A DNA stretch of 64,000 nucleotides. Origin: an uncultured Alphaproteobacteria bacterium. Its GTDB lineage: Bacteria; Pseudomonadota; Alphaproteobacteria; Acetobacterales; Acetobacteraceae. Positions within the stretch are counted from its first letter, which is position 1. Every line of letters begins with the position of its first letter. Under the pieces are notes generated by a model. That model saw only the letters and a list, made by a program, of their open reading frames with translations, made no database searches and had not been told where the DNA came from. The translations under genes were made by a program, and so were the position numbers. The stretch is from contig CAWIBZ010000003.1 of the NCBI GenBank assembly GCA_963834475.1, positions 26,701 through 90,700 on the forward strand, written 5' to 3'. Positions 56,354 to 64,000 of this stretch are shown here, in pieces.

Positions 56354-57774
56354 CCCAACAGAGCCAGGGCGGCGGCCTGAGCCGCACCGGTCACCGGACC
56401 CGCCACCAGGATGAAGAGCAGCGTCACCACGCCGGTCACCGCGACGACGAAGGAGAGCGACGGCGCCGGACGGTCAAAGCTCGCCTCCGGGGCATCGAAA
56501 TACATGATCTTGATGATGCGCAGATAATAGTAGGCGCCGATGACGCTGGTGATGACGCCGATGACGGCAAGCGTCCAGAGACCGCTCTGGATCGCGGCCA
56601 GGAAGACGTAGAGCTTGCCGAAGAAGCCCGAGAGCGGCGGCACGCCGGCCATGCTCAGCATGAAAATGCTCATGGCAAGCGCGAGGCCCGGATGGTTGCG
56701 GCCGAGACCGGCGACATCGGTCACCTTCTCCACCATGCGGCCCTGGCGGCGCATGGCGATGATGACGCCGAAGGCGCCGAGGGTCATGAAGATATAGGTC
56801 GCGAGATAGACCAGCGTGGCGCTGGTGCCGGAGCGGCTGCCAGCGGCCAGGCCCATCAGCGCATAGCCGATATGGCCGATCGCGGAATAGGCCATCAGGC
56901 GCTTGATATTGCTCTGCACGAGCGGGGCCAGAGCGCCAAGGATGAGCGAGGCAATGGCGACGATCTCGATGAGGAGCTGCCACTGGCTGATGAGATGGCC
57001 GAAGGGGCCGATCATGACCCGGAGCAGGAGCGCGAGCGCGGCCACTTTCGGCGCCGAGCCCAGGAGCGCCGTCACCGATGTCGGTGCGCCCTCATAGACG
57101 TCGGGCGACCACATATGGAAGGGCACGGCCGCCATCTTGAAGACGAGGCCCGAGAGCACGAAGACCATGCCGATGACGAGCCCGGCCGAGGGCGTGCCGC
57201 CGACCAGGGCCTGGGCGATATGGCCGAAATCGGTGCTGCCGGAGAAGCCGTAGGTCAGCGTGATGCCGTAGAGCAGGATGCCGGAGGCAAGCGAGCCCAG
57301 GACGAAATACTTGAGGCCCGCTTCCGAGGAGCGCAGCGAATCCCGCGCGAAGGCCGCGATGACATAGAGCGCGAGCGACTGCAGTTCGAGGCCGAGATAA
57401 AGGGTGATGAGGTTGGTGGCACCCACCATCACCATCATGCCCACCGCCGCGAAGAGCACGAGGATGGGGAACTCGAAGCGGCCAAGCCCCTCTTCCCGCT
57501 CGTTGAAATCAAGCGAGAGAATGATGGCGAGGCCGGCTGCTGCCAGGATGAGCAGCTGGCTGAAGCGGCTGAAGGCATCCGCCGCGAAAAGGCCGTTATA
57601 GCCGATACCGGTGGGCGCGATCAGCACCAGGGCACCCGTGCCCAGCAGCGCGCCGAGCGATAGCATGCTGCTGAGCTGGAAGGCGTGGCGGGCGGGCGCA
57701 AAGGCACCCGCGAGCAGAATGGCAAGCCCGCAGAGCGAAAGCGCGAGTTCGGGAAGAGCGATCAGCCAGTTCAT
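56350..57774 (-). CDS. nuoN: NADH-quinone oxidoreductase subunit N
   Basis: SSEAGLKYFVLG, FKMAAVPFHMWSPDVYEGAPT. Confidence 0.97.
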   Translation of the reverse strand: MNWLIALPELALSLCGLAILLAGAFAPARHAFQLSSMLSLGALLGTGALVLIAPTGIGYNGLFAADAFSRFSQLLILAAAGLAIILSLDFNEREEGLGRFEFPILVLFAAVGMMVMVGATNLITLYLGLELQSLALYVIAAFARDSLRSSEAGLKYFVLGSLASGILLYGITLTYGFSGSTDFGHIAQALVGGTPSAGLVIGMVFVLSGLVFKMAAVPFHMWSPDVYEGAPTSVTALLGSAPKVAALALLLRVMIGPFGHLISQWQLLIEIVAIASLILGALAPLVQSNIKRLMAYSAIGHIGYALMGLAAGSRSGTSATLVYLATYIFMTLGAFGVIIAMRRQGRMVEKVTDVAGLGRNHPGLALAMSIFMLSMAGVPPLSGFFGKLYVFLAAIQSGLWTLAVIGVITSVIGAYYYLRIIKIMYFDAPEASFDRPAPSLSFVVAVTGVVTLLFILVAGPVTGAAQAAALALLG

Positions 57775-59333
57775 CAGTTGGCCCCTCCGGCCAGAACAGC
57801 GCCGCCTGCGGAGGCGAGATGCGTATGGACGCCGCCCGCCAGAGCCAGGCTGTGCGCCTGCGCCATGGCCGTCGCCGTCGCATCGAAGAAGGTGGAGAAG
57901 CTGGAGGGGTAGATGCCCATCCAGAGGGTGAGGATGACGAGCGGCACGAGCATGACGATTTCACGCGGCCCGATATCCTGCAGGATCTTCAGCTGCGGCC
58001 GCACCAGATCGCCGAAGACGACCTTGCGATACATGACCAGGGTGTAGATCGCGCTCAGCACCAGCGTCGTGCCGGTCAGCACCGAGAGCCAGAAATTGAC
58101 CTTCAGCGCCGCCACGATGACGAGGATTTCACCGATGAACCCGGCCGTGCCCGGCAGGCCCACCGTGCCCATGACGAAGATCATGAAGAGCAGCGCGTAG
58201 AAGGGCATGTTGCGGGCAAGCCCGCCGAAGCCGTCCATGCTCTGGCTCCTGGTGCGATCCATCAGCACGCCGACGCAGATGAACAGGGCGGCGGTGATGA
58301 AGCCGTGGGAGAGCATGCGGAAGAGCGAGCCCTCGATCCCCTGCACCGAGAAGGTGAAGATGCCGACAACCGCGATCGCCATGTGGCCGATCGAGGAATA
58401 GGCGCAGAACTTGAGGAGGTCGCGCTGCACGAGTGCCGCGATCGAGGTGTAGATGATGGCCACGACCGCGATCGTGAACATGAACGGCGCGAATTCCTGG
58501 GAGGCTTGCGGCAGCAGCGCCACCGAGAAGCGGAGGAAGCCGTAGCCGCCCATATTGGCGAGCACGCCGGCGAGCAGCACGGAGCCTGCGATCGGTGCCT
58601 CGTTATGCGCATCGATCAGCCAGGTATGAAGCGGCCAGATCGGAATCTTCACCGCGAAAGCCGCGAAGAAGGCAAGGAAGAGCCAGAACTGCAGGTGCGG
58701 CGGCAGCGGCATGCGCAGCATGTCCGGAATGCTCGTCGTGCCGTCATGGAACCAGAGCGCGATCAGCCCCAGCAGCATGAGCATGGAGCCCGCGAACATG
58801 AAGAGGAAGAACTTGATCGCGGCGTAGCGGCGCTTCTCCCCGCCCCAGACGCCGATGATGACGAACATCGGGATGAGGACGGCTTCGAAGAAGACGAAGA
58901 AGAGGAGGAAGTCGAGGGCAGAGAAAAGCCCGATCATCGTCGTCTCGAGCGCCAGGAAGGCGATCATGTATTCCCGCGCGCGTCCGCCGCCCTGGTTCCA
59001 GGCCGAGAGGATGGCAATCGGGGTCAGCGCTGTCGAGATCAGCACGAACATGATGCTGATACCGTCCACGCCCATGCGGTATTCGACCCCGTATTGCGGC
59101 AGCCAGGGCAGGATTTCCTGGAACTGGAAGCCCGCGACGCTCTTGTCGAAATCGAACCAGAGCAGAAGGCTGAGGGCAAAGACGACAAGGCTGGTCCAAA
59201 GCGCCGTCCAGCGCGCGGCACGGGCAGTGGCCTCGTCATCCCCGCGCAAGGCAAGGATGACGACCACACCCGCAAGCGGCAGGAAGGTGAGCAGTGAGAG
59301 CAGCGGGAAACCGGCTTGGTTCATCGGGCTCAC
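57774..59333 (-). CDS. nuoM: NADH-quinone oxidoreductase subunit M
   Basis: GVDGIS, FFEAVLIPM, AVKIP.WPLHTWL, GLPGT.GFIGE. Confidence 0.97.
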   Translation of the reverse strand: MSPMNQAGFPLLSLLTFLPLAGVVVILALRGDDEATARAARWTALWTSLVVFALSLLLWFDFDKSVAGFQFQEILPWLPQYGVEYRMGVDGISIMFVLISTALTPIAILSAWNQGGGRAREYMIAFLALETTMIGLFSALDFLLFFVFFEAVLIPMFVIIGVWGGEKRRYAAIKFFLFMFAGSMLMLLGLIALWFHDGTTSIPDMLRMPLPPHLQFWLFLAFFAAFAVKIPIWPLHTWLIDAHNEAPIAGSVLLAGVLANMGGYGFLRFSVALLPQASQEFAPFMFTIAVVAIIYTSIAALVQRDLLKFCAYSSIGHMAIAVVGIFTFSVQGIEGSLFRMLSHGFITAALFICVGVLMDRTRSQSMDGFGGLARNMPFYALLFMIFVMGTVGLPGTAGFIGEILVIVAALKVNFWLSVLTGTTLVLSAIYTLVMYRKVVFGDLVRPQLKILQDIGPREIVMLVPLVILTLWMGIYPSSFSTFFDATATAMAQAHSLALAGGVHTHLASAGGAVLAGGAN

Positions 59334-61252
59334 CGGAAGATCAGGAAGACGGAGATCAGGACGACAAGCCCGATCAGCATGACGAAGGCGTATTGGGCGA
59401 GCGAGCCGCTCTGCAGGCGGGAGACGCCGCCCGCCGAGCCGCGCGCGATCAAGGCGCCGCCACGCGGAATACCGTCGATGATCCCCTCGTCACCCACATG
59501 CCAGATCAGGCGGGCAAGCGCGCGGTAGGGCCGCACGAAAATGACGTCATAGATCTCATCGAAATAGTATTTGTTGAGCAGCAGCCGGTAGATCGGCGCG
59601 AAGCGCGTTGCCAGCATCTCCGGCAGTTCGGGCCGCAGGATATACATCACATAGGCCGTGAGGATGCCGAGGAGACCGAGGACGGTCGGCAGGATCTCGA
59701 CGCCGAAGGGCACGTGGTCGAGGTTGAGCAGCACGCGCGGATGGTTGATGACGTCGATCGCGCCCTGCCAGAAGGCCTGCTGGCCGCTGCCGATGAAGTT
59801 GTGCGCGAAGACGCCACCGACGAAGATGGCGCCGAGGGCGAGCAGGAACAGCGGCCCCGTCATCACGAGCGGGCTTTCATGGACATGCTCCAGCACATGC
59901 GCGTCCGCGCGGGACTTGCCGTGGAAGGTCAGGAAGATCATGCGCCAGGAATAGAAGGCGGTGAGGAAGGCGGCCGCTTCGACGCAGAACCAGGCCCAGC
60001 CGCTGCCGTGCCCGCCCCAGGCCGCGTTCACGATGGCGTCCTTCGAAAAGAAGCCGGAGAGCGGCGGGACACCGGCGAGCGCCAGGCTGCCGATCCACAT
60101 CATGGCATAGGTATAGGGAATACGGCGGGCGAGCCCGCCCATTTTGCGGATATCCTGCTCGCCCGACATGGCGTGGATCACCGAACCCGCTGTCAGGAAG
60201 AGCAGCGCCTTGAAGCAGGCATGGGTGATGAGGTGGAACATCGACGCCTGATAGGCCCCGACTGAAACGCCCACGAACATGTAGCCGAGCTGCGAGCAGG
60301 TGGAATAGGCGATGACGCGCTTGATGTCGGTCTGGGTGCAGCCGATCGTCGCGGCAAACAGCGCCGTGGTGCCGCCGATGATGCCGACGACCGCGAGCGC
60401 CACGGGCGCGTATTCCAGGAGCGGCGACATGCGCACCATGAGGAAGACGCCCGCGGTCACCATGGTCGCGGCATGGATGAGGGCGGAGACCGGCGTCGGG
60501 CCTTCCATCGCGTCCGCCAGCCAGGGATGGAGGCCGAGCTGGGCCGACTTACCCATGGCGCCGATGAAGAGCAGGATGCCGATCACATCGAGCGCGTTCA
60601 GGTTGGTGCCGAAGAGATGATAGACGGCGTGGCTGTGCGCCGCGGCGGCGCCGAAGATGTCAGCGAAGCGCACCGAGCCGAAGAGGAAGAAGATCAGGGC
60701 AACGCCGATGGCGAAGCCGAGATCGCCCACGCGGTTCATGATGAAGGCCTTGACGGCCGCGTCATTCGCCGAGGGCTTCTCATACCAGAAGCCGATGAGC
60801 AGATAGGAGACGAGGCCGACGCCTTCCCAGCCGAAGAAGAGCTGGAGGAGGTCGTTCGACGTCACCAGCATCAGCATCGCGAAGGTGAAGAGCGAGAGGT
60901 AGGAGAAGAAGCGCGGCACGGAGCGGTCCCCGTGCATGTAGCCCACCGAATAGATGTGGATGAGGGTGGAGACTACCGTCACCATCACCACCATGACGGC
61001 TGCGAGGCTGTCGTAGCGCAGCGTCCAGTCCACCTGGAAGGCGCCCACATGCAGCCAGGGGGCAACGGACACGATCGTCGGCGCATCCGCGCCGGAGAGC
61101 AATCCCACGCCCGAGATGACGCCGCAGACCGCGGCGATGAGCATGCAGAGGATGCTCACGAAATGCGCACCCTGGTCTTTCAGCCAGGGACCGAAGAGAC
61201 CCGCAACCAGCGAGCCTACAAGCGGCGCAAAGACGGCAATTGCGAAGATCAC
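59330..61252 (-). CDS. nuoL: NADH-quinone oxidoreductase subunit L
   Basis: GWEGVGL.SYLLIGFW, GKSAQ, AMEGPTPVSALIHAATMV. Confidence 0.97.
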   Translation of the reverse strand: MIFAIAVFAPLVGSLVAGLFGPWLKDQGAHFVSILCMLIAAVCGVISGVGLLSGADAPTIVSVAPWLHVGAFQVDWTLRYDSLAAVMVVMVTVVSTLIHIYSVGYMHGDRSVPRFFSYLSLFTFAMLMLVTSNDLLQLFFGWEGVGLVSYLLIGFWYEKPSANDAAVKAFIMNRVGDLGFAIGVALIFFLFGSVRFADIFGAAAAHSHAVYHLFGTNLNALDVIGILLFIGAMGKSAQLGLHPWLADAMEGPTPVSALIHAATMVTAGVFLMVRMSPLLEYAPVALAVVGIIGGTTALFAATIGCTQTDIKRVIAYSTCSQLGYMFVGVSVGAYQASMFHLITHACFKALLFLTAGSVIHAMSGEQDIRKMGGLARRIPYTYAMMWIGSLALAGVPPLSGFFSKDAIVNAAWGGHGSGWAWFCVEAAAFLTAFYSWRMIFLTFHGKSRADAHVLEHVHESPLVMTGPLFLLALGAIFVGGVFAHNFIGSGQQAFWQGAIDVINHPRVLLNLDHVPFGVEILPTVLGLLGILTAYVMYILRPELPEMLATRFAPIYRLLLNKYYFDEIYDVIFVRPYRALARLIWHVGDEGIIDGIPRGGALIARGSAGGVSRLQSGSLAQYAFVMLIGLVVLISVFLIFR

Positions 61253-61255
61253 GTC

Positions 61256-61564
61256 TCAGCCCTTCATCAGATTGACGTCTTCAACCGCGATGGAGCCGCG
61301 GTTGCGGAAGTAGGTGACGACGATGGCCAGGCCGATGGCCGCCTCGGCGGCGGCAACGGTCAGCACGAACATCGTGAAAACCTGCCCGGTGAGGTCATGA
61401 AGCTGGCCCGAAAAAGCCACGAAATTCAGGTTCACCGAGAGGAGGATGAGTTCGATCGACATCAGGATGGTGATGACGTTCTTGCGGTTCATGAAGATCC
61501 CGAAGATGCCCACCACGAGCAGGATGACGGAGACCACCAGATAGGGGCCGATACCCACGGGCAT
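61256..61564 (-). CDS. nuoK: NADH-quinone oxidoreductase subunit K
   Basis: [21 protein letters not shown]. Confidence 0.96.
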   Translation of the reverse strand: MPVGIGPYLVVSVILLVVGIFGIFMNRKNVITILMSIELILLSVNLNFVAFSGQLHDLTGQVFTMFVLTVAAAEAAIGLAIVVTYFRNRGSIAVEDVNLMKG

Positions 61565-61565
61565 A

Positions 61566-62282
61566 TCAATGTGCTCCCGGCTTATGCGTGACGGCGACGG
61601 CATCGGTGTCGGCCAGGGTAACGCGCTCTTCGGGCGGCGCCAGGGCCGGGTCCGGCCGCAGGATGCCAAGCGCCTTCACCCCAACCCCCACCGGGATGTC
61701 CATCAGCGCGAGCGTATCGGCCGGCTGCCGCGCGTTCTGGCGCGCGATGCTCTGCGTCTTCGAGCGCTGGCGTTCGCGATGCGTCAGCACGATGGCGCCG
61801 ATCATGGCGACCATGAGGACCAGGGACGCCGTCTCGAAGAGGAAGGCATAGTGGGTATAGAGGATGCGGCCGAGGGCATCCGTATTGGTCAGCCCGGCCG
61901 GCATGGGCGAGAGCCTGAGGCCCGAGGCCGCGGGCGCGAACCTCCAGCCGCCGAGGATGAGCACGAGTTCCAGGAACAGGATGGCGCCGACCACCGCGCC
62001 CATCGGCGCATAGCGCTGCACGCCCGCGCGCAGTTCCGAGAAATTGATGTCGAGCATCATGACGACGAAGAGGAAGAGAACCGCGACCGCGCCCACATAG
62101 ACGATGAGCAGGATGAAGGCGAGGAACTCCGCCCCCGCGATCAGGAAGAGCCCCGCCGCGTTGAAGAAGCAAAGGATGAGATACAACACCGAATGAACCG
62201 GGTTGCGGGCGGTCACCACCATCACCGCGGAGGCGATGAGGACGATGGCGAAAACATAGAAGAAAATCTGTGCGAAGATCAT
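61566..62282 (-). CDS. nuoJ: NADH-quinone oxidoreductase subunit J
   Basis: [24 protein letters not shown]. Confidence 0.96.
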   Translation of the reverse strand: MIFAQIFFYVFAIVLIASAVMVVTARNPVHSVLYLILCFFNAAGLFLIAGAEFLAFILLIVYVGAVAVLFLFVVMMLDINFSELRAGVQRYAPMGAVVGAILFLELVLILGGWRFAPAASGLRLSPMPAGLTNTDALGRILYTHYAFLFETASLVLMVAMIGAIVLTHRERQRSKTQSIARQNARQPADTLALMDIPVGVGVKALGILRPDPALAPPEERVTLADTDAVAVTHKPGAH

Positions 62283-62291
62283 GGCGCTGGC

Positions 62292-62780
62292 TTACCGATA
62301 CGGGGCATCGAGTTCGAGGCGCCGCGCGATCTCGGGCTCCCAACGGTCGCCGTTCGAAAGCAGCTTCTCCTTGTTGTAGAGCAGCTCCTCGCGCGTTTCG
62401 GTCGCGTATTCGAAATTCGGACCCTCGACAATGGCATCGACCGGGCAGGCTTCCTCGCAGAGGCCGCAATAGATGCACTTCACCATGTCGATGTCGTAGC
62501 GCGTGGTACGGCGGGAGCCGTCGTCACGCGGTTCGGCCTCGATGGTGATGGCCTGGGCCGGGCAGATCGCCTCGCAGAGCTTGCAGGCGATGCAGCGCTC
62601 TTCCCCGTTCGGATAGCGGCGCAACGCGTGCTCGCCGCGGAAGCGCGGGGAGAGCGGAGACTTCTCGAAGGGATAGTTGATCGTCACCTTGGGCTTGAAC
62701 ATGTAGCGGAGCGTGATCGCCATGCCGCTGACGAGTTCCGTCAGCAGCAGGCTGCGCGCCGCGCGGTCAAGGACACCCAT
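62292..62780 (-). CDS. nuoI: NADH-quinone oxidoreductase subunit I
   Basis: Two 4Fe-4S motifs, [12 protein letters not shown] and [12 protein letters not shown]. Confidence 0.98.
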   Translation of the reverse strand: MGVLDRAARSLLLTELVSGMAITLRYMFKPKVTINYPFEKSPLSPRFRGEHALRRYPNGEERCIACKLCEAICPAQAITIEAEPRDDGSRRTTRYDIDMVKCIYCGLCEEACPVDAIVEGPNFEYATETREELLYNKEKLLSNGDRWEPEIARRLELDAPYR

Positions 62781-62867
62781 TATTCATTTTCCCCTGAAAT
62801 TCGGCTCAGGCCCGGCCTGTCGAAGTCAAATCCGTCACGATCATGCACTGACGTGCGTGCGCTCATC

Positions 62868-63872
62868 TCAGCCATGGGGCAGCCACCCGAAGATTTCGAG
62901 GGCGGCCGCCGTCAGCACCATCCAGCCAAGCGAGAGCGGCAGAAACACTTTCCAGCCGAGCCGCATGAGCTGGTCATAGCGGAAGCGGGGGAAGGTCGCG
63001 CGCACCCAGATGAAGACGAACATGACCAGGCAGATCTTGAGGATCAGCCAGATCGGCCCGGGAATGAAGGCAAGGAACGGCAGCGGGGACATCCAGCCGC
63101 CGAGGAAGAGGATGGCGGTCATGGCGCTCATCAGCGTCATGTTCGCGTATTCGCCAAGGAAGAACATGGCGTAGCTCATGGAGGAGTATTCCACCATGAA
63201 GCCCGCGACGATTTCGCTTTCGCCTTCCGGCAAGTCGAAGGGCACGCGGTTACATTCGGCCAGCCCGGAGATGAAGAAGACGATGAACATCGGGAAGAGC
63301 GGAATGCAGAACCAGAGACCGTTCTGCGCCTTCACGATGTCATTCAGGTTCAGGCTGCCGACGCAGAGCAGGACGGAGACCATGATGAAGCCGATGGAGA
63401 CTTCATAGGAGACCATCTGCGCCGCCGAGCGCAGCGCGCCGAGGAAGGCGTATTTCGAGTTGGACGACCAGCCGGCGATGATGATGCCGTAGACGCCGAG
63501 CGAGCTGATGGCGAAGAGATAGAGGATGCCGACATTGATATTGGCGACCGCGAGGCCATTCCCCGTCGGCACCACGGCCCAGGCCACCATGGCGAGGCCG
63601 AAGGTGATCAGGGGTGCGATGAGGAAGAGAACCCGGTTCGCGCCCGTCGGCACGATGGTTTCCTTCATCACCATCTTGAGGGCGTCGGCGAAAGGCTGCC
63701 AGAGGCCGAAGGGGCCGACGACGTTCGGCCCCTTGCGCAGCTGCATCGCCGCCATGACCCGGCGTTCGCCATAGGTCGCATAGGCGACGATCATGAGCAG
63801 CGGCACCAGCACCGCGAGGGTCTCAAGGGCCGCGAGGATGATCTGGCCCAGAATTGTTGAAAAGAAGCCCAT
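62868..63872 (-). CDS. nuoH: NADH-quinone oxidoreductase subunit H
   Basis: [38 protein letters not shown]. Confidence 0.98.
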   Translation of the reverse strand: MGFFSTILGQIILAALETLAVLVPLLMIVAYATYGERRVMAAMQLRKGPNVVGPFGLWQPFADALKMVMKETIVPTGANRVLFLIAPLITFGLAMVAWAVVPTGNGLAVANINVGILYLFAISSLGVYGIIIAGWSSNSKYAFLGALRSAAQMVSYEVSIGFIMVSVLLCVGSLNLNDIVKAQNGLWFCIPLFPMFIVFFISGLAECNRVPFDLPEGESEIVAGFMVEYSSMSYAMFFLGEYANMTLMSAMTAILFLGGWMSPLPFLAFIPGPIWLILKICLVMFVFIWVRATFPRFRYDQLMRLGWKVFLPLSLGWMVLTAAALEIFGWLPHG

Positions 63873-63881
63873 GACCCCCTC

Positions 63882-64000
63882 TTACTCCGCCGCCTGGAGC
63901 TGGGGCGCGAAGGTTTCGGTACACGCGTGCATGGTCGGGCTCGCGCGGCTGATCGGATCCGTCTGATAATAGTCGGCGATGGCGCGGGCGAAGGGCGCGG
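63882..64000 (-). CDS. nuoG: NADH-quinone oxidoreductase subunit G, 3' end (partial)
   Basis: DYYQTDPISRASPTM...AAE* directly upstream of nuoH. Confidence 0.85.
   Translation of the reverse strand, partial: APFARAIADYYQTDPISRASPTMHACTETFAPQLQAAE

Noticed and set aside
51693-63860. Long + strand ORFs (51693-52832, 57819-59297, 61569-63860)
   Set aside because: Antisense shadows of ctrA and the nuo genes; one crosses a tRNA

Overview
GC-rich alphaproteobacterial DNA; the gene content suggests Acetobacteraceae. About 1-51.55 kb is the right-hand ~51 kb of a temperate prophage integrated at the 3' end of tRNA-Ser(TGA); its other end lies left of the window. The prophage runs: cI/cro switch, early operon (cupin, CII-like regulator, DNA methyltransferase, GapR, RusA-like, replication initiator with iterons), late regulator, a CapRel-like defence moron, lambda-type packaging/head genes, a Mu-type contractile tail, a tail fibre plus an SGNH/LamG module, a GH108 lysis cassette, a decayed cargo zone (IS1595 relic, DUF433/PIN toxin-antitoxin pair, SRAP fragments, GH16) and a P4-type integrase. 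Many prophage genes are broken by 1-nt indels (decay or consensus error), while the host genes are intact. Host part: tRNA-Ser, a divergent ctrA-like gene, tRNA-Val, rnj, coaX, birA and nuoN-M-L-K-J-I-H-G(partial). The most novel signal is an unannotated ~45-nt covarying hairpin/RBS motif (GUGA-loop stem, then TCCC, then GATGGAG) repeated in front of gpW/portal, major capsid and tail tube. Other notable signals are TGTCCGCAC sites inside terS, a possibly split Ig-like domain across two tail genes, a HEPN-like moron, and a papain-like peptidase after the lysis genes. All family assignments come from motif recognition by eye; no searches were run.
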